Origin: Bugula neritina
Lineage: Eukaryota; Animalia; Bryozoa
DNA length: 64,000 nucleotides
Reading direction: 5' to 3'
Assembly: GCA_964035545.1 (NCBI GenBank)
Contig: OZ037766.1
Span: forward strand, 25,408,339 to 25,472,338
Made by a program: the position numbers and the translations under genes. Position 1 is the first letter of the stretch. Every line of letters starts with the position of its first letter. The notes below the pieces were generated by a model that made no database searches, was not told the origin of the DNA, and saw only the letters and a program-made list of their open reading frames with translations. This document shows, piece by piece, positions 55,001 through 64,000 of this stretch.

Positions 55001-58000
55001 GTTATAGCTTTATTTTTAAGTAATTAGCAAGTTGTCACAGTTATTGAATAAGGTCCTTCTAATCACTGTTGTGATTATTATCAATTATTGTTCACATTCT
55101 TTAAGAGTTGTCTCCTCTCTTAATGCTGTAAAGATTCTTTGCTGCAATATCTCCCTATATGCTAGCAAGACCATACATTATGCAATATTCTACATTGATA
55201 AATTATCTTTCAGGTTTCCTCTCAAGCAACGATTTTGGTAACATGCAGCAAGAATTGAAACTATGGATACAAGAAACGGTAAACGTTTTATTTTCACTTC
55301 CTTTTTTTCTTTCTAGTTTGTTTCTTAGAGCAGGTTCTAATCTTTTGTTGCCAGATAAATAAATACCTTTAAGGCTTCCATAAAAATATAAATAAACTTA
55401 TATGTATTTATATATACTTCTAAGCTACTCTTCTCGGATCAAATTTATTTTTCCATGGAGGAAACATCTACTGTTTATTTATTCCTTCACCTACTCTACA
55501 GTTTAAGTTACTTAGTAAGTTTGCTGTAGACAAATAAAAACGTGAGCCAGCTCTCGGAGAAGAAGTTAAAGGATTATTTTAAGACTTTCAAGCACAAATG
55601 GAATAAAAGAAAACTTCCCCAGGTTTGGTGAACCACTTTATACCCATGTGCCTTTACTTGCCGCACATCTCATATTCCATTATCTATCTCATCATAAATG
55701 AATCTTGTTCATAGCAAGTGATTCACAGCACATGGTAATAGTTAATTTTAAGGAAAACTTGAGACCGCTAACATTAAATATTCATTTTCTAACTTACAAG
55801 TGTTTGTTAGCATATAAAATACTAGAACCGTAACTTAATAATTATAACATGGGTTGGTGTGATATGCAGGCGAATTACATAATTTCAAAATCTTAACACT
55901 TCAGAGTATCACTAAATTGTGTTAATTTGAGTAGAATTTTTTTATTTGTTTAGAAATGTTGAAATAAAATGCTGCTTTTTTGAATAGCAGCATTCTTAGA
56001 TAAATATTAATAACAATAGTGATCTGTATTCAACATTCTGCTTTCAGAAATATTACAGAGGTATAAGCATGTGCCTTCCAGAAGGCATTTCTCTAACAGA
56101 TCTCACTCCATCAGCCACCACTGAATGTTCCACAGGTTCTACTCATCAACCTGTTAACCCATCCAGCAGGTAATTATCTGCTACAAATATTCCTGCCAAT
56201 GCTACATCACTAATTTTTAAGTTTATTTTTTTGAGTTTCCTGTTTTGTTTACTGCATGGTGACACGTCTAGAACTTTCTGATGTATGCATATATTTACTT
56301 TCTGTAGTGACTTATGGATTACACCACCCATTTTGCAGTTGGACAATGGCTTCTCCAAACCCGAACCCATGGAGTTTTCTAATGGTATCAAAACAGAACT
56401 TTATGTACAGGTAACAAACTCGCCATTGGAGGTAAAAAGATTTGCTACGATTTCAAAATCATCGCCAAGAAAACCGAGTCAAGTAAGTTTCTCTCCTAAT
56501 GTAGATTAAAGATGATGCTATCAAGATGGAGATATTCTGCTTTCAGTCCTCCTTGAAGTTTGAACATTCAAGTTCATTAAGAAATTTTCACATTACATTC
56601 TTACTTGTTTTCTTAAAATTTCTGGCAAATATTTTATTTGATTGATTCAGCATTTTATGGAAGAAGTAGGAGCGGCTGATACAAAAACGCCCCCTAATCC
56701 TCCTATTAGGAGCAGACCCCCAACTATTCTCACAACACTAAATAGAAACAGGAGTCACAGCACAACTAATCCGCCATCACTGCAGCCAAGAATGGGCAGC
56801 ACCGTGTCAGCAATTCGACGTCCCAGCATGTTGCTGCCGCCGGCTACCGCAGGTTAAACCATTAATCACTACTCATGCTTAATTTGGTGTTGAATTTAAA
56901 TCTCAACAATTAATTAAGACCTAAAAACTTGTGATCAATCCTAGTTATTTCTATTTTTATAATTTTCAAAATAATTAGATGAATTGATCTTGTGTGAATT
57001 TTAATTGTTGTTTTTATGACCTGGTAAGATACAGGACTGACTATTTGTAGTAATGCATCTTTAAATATTGATTGCTTTTGATGAAAATTTTATTTATTTT
57101 CATTTTAGATTGCGACACCCAAGAGTTGACTGATAGTAAAGAAGAAAGTACACCTTTAGTACCAACAAAAAATACTAATGGTGATGGTTGCACAGATCAT
57201 TCAGCTGCTGAAGATTGTGACAAAAACACCGATAAATCCCACTCTGAAGCTCATCTTGATGTGGCCAAGAACATAGCTGAAGACACATTAGAGAATGCTA
57301 GTACACTCCATAATGCAGCAGTGAATGTTGCAATACCACAGAATGTAGTTGAACATGTTCTCTCCAATGATAACAAGTTAGATATATCAACTATATTATC
57401 CGATCAAATCAAAGAGTCTTCTGGTCACAGTGACAACAGCACACATTCATCAACGAGTGAGGGTCTGAAGGTAGACAATCACTGTGCTGAAAAACTGTCA
57501 AGCGAGGACAATAGTAAAACAATTATTAGTGGCAATTCAAGTGAAGACAGTGGAGTAATTCAAGCAGATTTGCGAACTATGGCAGATGTGACAAACGGAC
57601 AGAATTCAATGAATAATTTAAGTCATGACAACATATTGAATGCCAAAAAAACGGAAAAAGAAGCTGCTACCATGGAACATAAAGCCGAGCTTGTGATGAG
57701 CACCCCGGTTAGCCAAGGTTATGAGCTGTCCCAAGTAAAACAAAAGTCTGCAGGTAGGCATATCATTCACCAGGTCACTTACTTTCTTAGGTGCATAAAT
57801 GAATCATGATCTGTTTAAAAATACAATCTTACAAGGTCATAAAAGATAACTCTGCAAGCATTGTTTTATATTTTAGAAAAACGTTCCAGGACACAGTCGA
57901 CTGGTGCAGCTAATGAAAATTGCACATTCATATCTTCTAGCCAACCAATGGCCAAGCGTAAAACAATTTGGGTGAAAGATGTAGAGGATACAGAAGAAGT

Positions 58001-58010
58001 TTATGTCTGA
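52022..58010 (+). CDS. Uncharacterised protein with SCI1 (style cell-cycle inhibitor 1)-like domain and long disordered tail
   Basis: In-phase exons 52022-52099 (tentative), 53981-54012, 54210-54359, 54905-54997, 55214-55278, 55502-55622, 56048-56169, 56308-56482, 56651-56852, 57109-57753 and 57877-58010 (boundaries approximate). Core: Lys-rich stretch, then NDFGNMQQELKLWIQET...SQLSEKKLKDYFKTFKHKWNKRKLPQKYYRGI. Ends ...DTEEVYV*. The gene itself is well supported; the family call is motif recall. Confidence 0.75.
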
Positions 58011-58458
58011 TAAACTGGTTTTTATGAAATTTAGTGTAGTAACTTGAAAATTTGAGAGAATAAAGATATCTTCAATATTGTACAGAATTTAATCTTACAT
58101 CTTTGTATTTTATTATTTTTATTATTTGAATAATAAATTTATAACATTTTTTGCATTTTCAGGTGTGGTCAGCTACTTAAAATCTAACATACATCATAAC
58201 GAACATTTTGATAAAAAGTGACAGTTGGTGTGACAAGTTGGGACAACCGTTTTAGGCTACAAAATTGAAATCTTCATAACATGATTGACAAAATTAGATG
58301 TTAGTACATTGAGTAGAGCTCAAAGTAAAACAGTCATACAAGATTGAGTTTATATAAAAAGCCAGAAGTTTCTTTTTAAATGTTACATTTATACATTTAA
58401 AAACAGACAAAAGATGGGTACTATCTAAATAAAGATAAGGCATATGAATAAAAAATGC

Positions 58459-61400
58459 TCATCTCCAGGGAGAGTCTGAAGTACTCTGACGACTTGACAG
58501 CAATGATTGCTCGCGTTTATCACGTATACTTACTGCTTTTTTATTCCTTTTCTTTGCTGTGGATGAGTGACGGCGTTCCGTATTGCTCGATATGGATGTG
58601 TTTTGACCAGTTCTGTTGTACTTTTTTGGTGTGACATTTGTAGGCAAGAGAAACCCGGTAACTCTTTGTTCTATATCTGTTGTATGTCTGCCAAAATTTG
58701 TAACCACAGATAATGTATTCTTCTACTTGAAAAAACTTATTGTTTAAAAAGCTTGCCAAATTTGCCTTATGTAACTTATCACAAATACGGCTTATAATTT
58801 CCAAAGAATATTTTGCAAGTAATAATGGCATAAATATCAGATTTAGTGTATATAATAAAAACTAAAATGCTATTCTTAAGTTGCTTTCAAGATAGCAAAG
58901 TACCAACATTTATTAATATAAAACCTTGAAATACTAACAGATAATATAAATAACCTGCAGGGCTAAAATAAAGATGAGTAGTAACAACTAACTCTTTAAC
59001 CAATTCTTCAAAAAATTCAATATCCGCGTATTCTCTTTCTGTTGCAAGCTTTGCCTTCCTCCTGTAGTCGTATGCGCCGAATACACTGATCACTATCAAT
59101 ACTCCAACTGCCAGTGTTGCAGACATAACCACGAAATAGTTTATTCCAACTACAGGTGCTACACCATAGACCTCCACAGCCAGCTGTGCTCTCAGATCAC
59201 AATAACTACCAATCAATCAATATTTAACTGAACCAAAAAGTATAAATCAACGATGTTTTCTCTTAATTTCATCAGCTACAATGGAGTATTTAAATTTATT
59301 CTGTGAACAACACCTGGTACAAAGCATTGCACCTGGTACAATACATTAGCTTGCAATCTATTGATAAAAAATATTTTAATTGCAAAACTTACCTGTAGTC
59401 ATGGTCAACGACTATGATTTCAAACATAAATATGCCATTTCTGTTGAAAGTAATATAATTTTTATTGCCATAGCTCAATATTTCATAAGGATCATTAGGG
59501 CCAGGGGTGTGCAATCGGTCTTCATCTAAATCAAATAGCAAAACTTGGAGCAAAAATATAGTCCATAAAAAGCTGCAAGTTTAAATTGAGAAAGTTTCCA
59601 TTATAACTTCTATTAAAATTACTAAACTAAAATTTGGTGCACATGTATGCAAATATTTGTCTTTGTTAACAAGTTTTGTGGCCTAACAATAACATAGGCT
59701 TTTTGGAAACAATATTCAAACCATGATATAATTGCCCAACATAATTTCAACAACAAATATTGCAGCAACAAAATAAAAGTTTTATTGATTGCCTACCAGA
59801 AAGGTGGTCATAACTGAGATTGCAGTTTTTGTAGTTCTGAAAGATTAAAAATAGACAATTAAAATAGCTTTTACACTTAAACATTCAGTAATCGTATAAA
59901 AATATGCGTGGATTTTAAAATTATCTTTATAGTAAAAAACAACTCACCCCTCTGTGCCAAATATTCTGTGTAGTGCCCTTAGTAGCTGCGAGTTTCATTT
60001 CCCGCCACGATTGAGGTAAAAAAATACAGCCAGATGCATTAACGGTTAAACTGTATTGAAACTTTGTAGCTCCAGTTATCTCATTAATAACATAGTCACC
60101 GGTCATTGGTCCTAAATAGTCAGCACCTCGGTATCTACAATCAATCTACAGACAACTTATATCTGGTGCAGGACAATTCCCAGGACTATGGGTATAGTAA
60201 TCACAATTTGTTATATGAAACAAAGCAGCGGATGTAATATGGAAATCCAAGTAAATGGTATATAGAGTGTAAGCTAATTTTCTAGTTCTAGCACCACAAT
60301 ATAGCATTAATCTGAATGTTGAGGTTTCTGTAGTTTTTGCAACCTAAGCAAGTCTTTTGACTAAAAAACGTTGTCATATTTGCTAGACTTACAGGTGAAG
60401 GTCGAAAGTAAAGGGAGTGCTATAATAGGTTCTGTTAGGACATCCAAAAGCACTGTAATTATATTCAACTGTTTTCATGTCTTGAATACCTCCATTCTTG
60501 TAGTTATTATCTGGCATGTAATCATCTCTAAATAAAAAACATTTTTCTAGTAGGGATAACTGTCTATACACTGATCACAAATAAAACTACTTCACTGGAA
60601 CAATAAGGTAGGTAATAATATATCCAAGATTTGTAAAATCTCATATAAAAACATAGCAGTCATTTGTTTAAAGAGTTGTCTTATCTTATATATTAGAATG
60701 TTCAGCACGAATATCAAGTATACATAAACACAAGATAAGCTATACCAGTCTTAGTGTGCTGAAAGAAGATGAAGTAATTTACATACTTACGCTTGTATCT
60801 GGTAAAAGTAATGATGCTTGAACTCATTACAGGCATACACAGCTCTACAACAAATAAAAATGCACAAAACATAAGATTTTTTACTGTTTTTACTCAAAAG
60901 CCGAGCCTTGTGAATGTATTGGGATTCATGATATCACTGTATAAACAAATAAAAGATAATTAACAAATTGATAACTTCAATGACTTAAGCTTCAGTATAC
61001 ACGTGCTTCTAATTGAACTGAACACATTTACTAACTTACCCACCTGTTCACAACAAGTCTTTTCTTCTCATCACAGCCTAGAGTGACATGCGCTGTAGCC
61101 TGAGCGTTATCCTTGCAGGTAAGACTAGTATCTGAGGCTGCAATGCGCACGGCCGTGTCAGATGGTGTCCCAGGAAGTAAGTCATGACCTGTGTTGATAT
61201 GACCAGCATAGTTCAACGGCGAAATCTTTGCAGTTGTCATCTATATAGAAGCCAATATTACAGCAAGTGAAAACAAAAGTTGTTGAGCAAAAAAGCGGTT
61301 GCAGTAAATAAAGATCAAAATACACAGCACAAGCTAAAAATAAAGTAAAAGCGGTATACGTATTTATTTGGTAAGATTTCGATATGTACCTACTTGACAT

Positions 61401-63944
61401 CATGCGTTTATAATTATATATTCACTAAACCATTATATGAAATCTAATTATGATAATTGAATTATAATTTAAAAAGTTTTTTGAAGCTTCTATTTTCAAT
61501 GTCTAAGACTACTTTTACTACAAATTTTATTCTGAGTACATCAAGTTCAACTTTGGCAGCAAGCCGGAAATCAGCAAATATAGCTGAATTTCTCAAGCAA
61601 AAAACCATTTAAACCAAATGCCATGCACTAATAAAATGATACGATCAAATTAAGATAGAGCAGTGCTACACTCACATCTGCATAGAAGAGAACATACACA
61701 AAGTATAATATAGTCTGCAAATTATAATAAGCTCACCACATTGATATTAGCAACTCCTGATTCAATTGCTATTTCTTGACTCTCCGTAACAAATGCCAGT
61801 GATCGCTGGACAGATAACTCTGACTATAAAATAATGCATCAGCAACATTGTGAAAGACTAAATATTACTATAGTATGTTTCATCGTGAGAATATTTAGAT
61901 CCTAAACTCCTTTTAACACATTCTTACCACTACTAAATAGACATGTAAAAAATCATTTAAAATAATCAATGGCTTCCCTGTAGAAACTTTATCACACTAG
62001 TTGATATAAAATAAAGCTAACAAGCTATATTGCCTTTTATATTGTTATAGATGGAAACTCTAGCTTTAATCAAGTTATAGCAGCTACTAGATTAATAGAC
62101 TATAATATATCAACAAAATACTGAGGGATGTCATATTTTTTCTATATTATTTTTCCATAAAAATCTTATTGTAGAAACATACCTAAAACAACCAAAATAG
62201 GATAATCTATGAAAGAAGTAGGACATGTTATTGCAATAAAATAAACATACCACTACTGAAATCTTATCCCAAGCAGCTGCGTGAACTTCAGTAACAAATA
62301 AAATGTCATCATTGATGTCTAGGTTGTAGTACCCCCGAAACTCATGCCTCTGAATGTATTGGTACTATAACATAATTATAGAAATTTTTGTACAGCAAAA
62401 CATAATTATTTTTCAACAATAACACAGATGAAATAAAACAATAACATATCAAAACACTGGTCTAATATTGCCTTTATGTTACGTTTTATTTCTTTATTAA
62501 TTACAACGGAAGCTAAAATAGCAATAGATGAGGGGTTATTTAAAGAACCTGCAAATTAACAAACTGAATTTGACAATATGTTTGTTAGCTGTAAAATAGG
62601 AAATTTCAAAATTTGTATTGACAATGGGCCTGATGTGAGCTTTGCATATTATAAGCTTAATGGCATCATTTCTAGCATTTATACACAAGAAGTTTATTAG
62701 GTCTAGTAAGATTTCACTTTCAGAACAGACATATGCTGCTTTGCATACTTCACCATGCAATGACAGAAATCTGCTTTAAATGCCCAGGACAACTGCAAAT
62801 GACAAGTACAGAGTTTCTTTTAGCCACGTCTACAAATATATTTGTTTTTCCTATCGTCATTATAACATGTTTCATACCAACACACATACCAATTCCGATT
62901 AGCTACTCACAGGACATGGTGGCAGAAAGTTCTTGAGATTCTCCATCTCGTCAGGCAAATATGCAGATAAAATATCTAGTGTAGAGCTGTTAACTTTGCT
63001 GTTCAGATTTGGCCCAATCAATATGAACTGTTCGTAGTCACCAAAGATGGCCACCACTGATTTAGTTACAATGCTTGAAAAATCAGGCAACTGCAAAGCA
63101 ATATAATTGCCATGTCAAAAAATTCTAAATTAGATAATTTTTAAATAAAAAGGTAATTTTTGGTAAAATATTGAATGAAATGTGTTGCTATGATTATTTT
63201 GCTCCTTCAACTGTCAGAATAATTGAATTAAAAATATTTTATAATTTTATGAAAAACATAATTTGCAAAAAAATGGAATTAAGCAATAAATTGTAATTCT
63301 TCCAGCTTACACGTAAACTAAAATTGCTATTGCTTCGGTAATTCCCTTAGCTCAATCACCACCAGTATTGACATTCAATATAACAAAAATATATAGCTTT
63401 GTCAAACAATATGAGCACTTGTTGTGATATTCTGGACACAAAATCAGTCTAAATTGAATGCATTATAAATGATATTGGTTTTTTTACCAACTATTAACAA
63501 GTAAGTCTGCCATATGCTAACTGCATGTAGTTGAACAATTTTGTTGCAAAATTAAATCCGTAGATCCTCAACTAATAAAGATTTCCATTGTTATACCAAA
63601 GCAATTAATTCTACCTAGTTTTGTAACATTTAGTGCTTTGCTTACATATGTAGCCTCTGTTCTTAGTGATTCTCTTCCATATACTAAATGATTATCAGAT
63701 GTCACAATGAAAAATTCTCCCTTTTCATCTAAAAACATGAAAATAGACTATATAGTATAAACTAAAATAAAAGCATTTGTATATTTGTGATTTGATTTTT
63801 ATAAAACTCTATTACTTGTTATTTGCAAAGACAAAACATAATGAAAACAGAACTCACTTCCATGAATGTGTCGCACAAAAGGAGCCTTTATGGGCAAGGA
63901 GTTGTTTGGTCTTAAATGAATCATGATCTCCACCCCTTTCATAT
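58459..63944 (-). CDS. CATSPERD: CatSper channel auxiliary subunit delta/epsilon family (closest to CatSper-delta/TMEM146), 3' part; continues past right edge
   Basis: Spliced peptide ...AHVTLGCDEKKRLVV...YNYSAFGCPNRTYYSTPF...DYVINEITGATKFQYSLTVNASGCIFLPQSWREM...IWHRG-NYKNC...PYEILSYGNKNYITFNRNGIFMFEIIVVDHDYS-YCDLRAQLAVEVYGVAP, then one C-terminal TM and a basic tail. This follows the conserved Cys/Trp pattern I recall for the CATSPERD/E C-terminal domain. Confidence 0.85.
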
Positions 63945-64000
63945 CTGCAGTGAAAGTTAAAAAGTAACACAGATTTTAGAGTTTTCGGGTCTACAGTATT

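Overview
AT-rich animal (invertebrate) nuclear DNA with spliceosomal GT-AG introns. The taxon cannot be fixed from the sequence; a lophotrochozoan, possibly a bryozoan, is a guess. By hand-splicing exons with matching phases I support seven protein-coding genes. (1) A two-pore (K2P/TWiK) K+ channel on -, running off the left edge. (2) GPKOW/Spp2 on +. (3) A ~27-kb NWD1/NWD2-type DUF4062-NACHT-WD40 gene on -. (4) An unrecognised 174-aa ~4-TM gene nested antisense in an NWD intron, which the ORF track only partly shows. (5) NUP50 on -. (6) Head-to-head with NUP50, an uncharacterised gene carrying a motif resembling plant/fungal SCI1 (style cell-cycle inhibitor 1). (7) A CatSper delta/epsilon-family auxiliary subunit on -, running off the right edge. 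Introns hold tRNA-derived SINEs with TSDs, hAT-type and other MITEs, (TA)n microsatellites, minisatellites that multiply splice donors, and long hairpins. Degenerate 3/6-bp-periodic, palindrome-rich tracts lie just downstream of the CpG-richer putative promoters. No CRISPR, rRNA or prokaryotic system is present. Family calls are motif recall, not database results.
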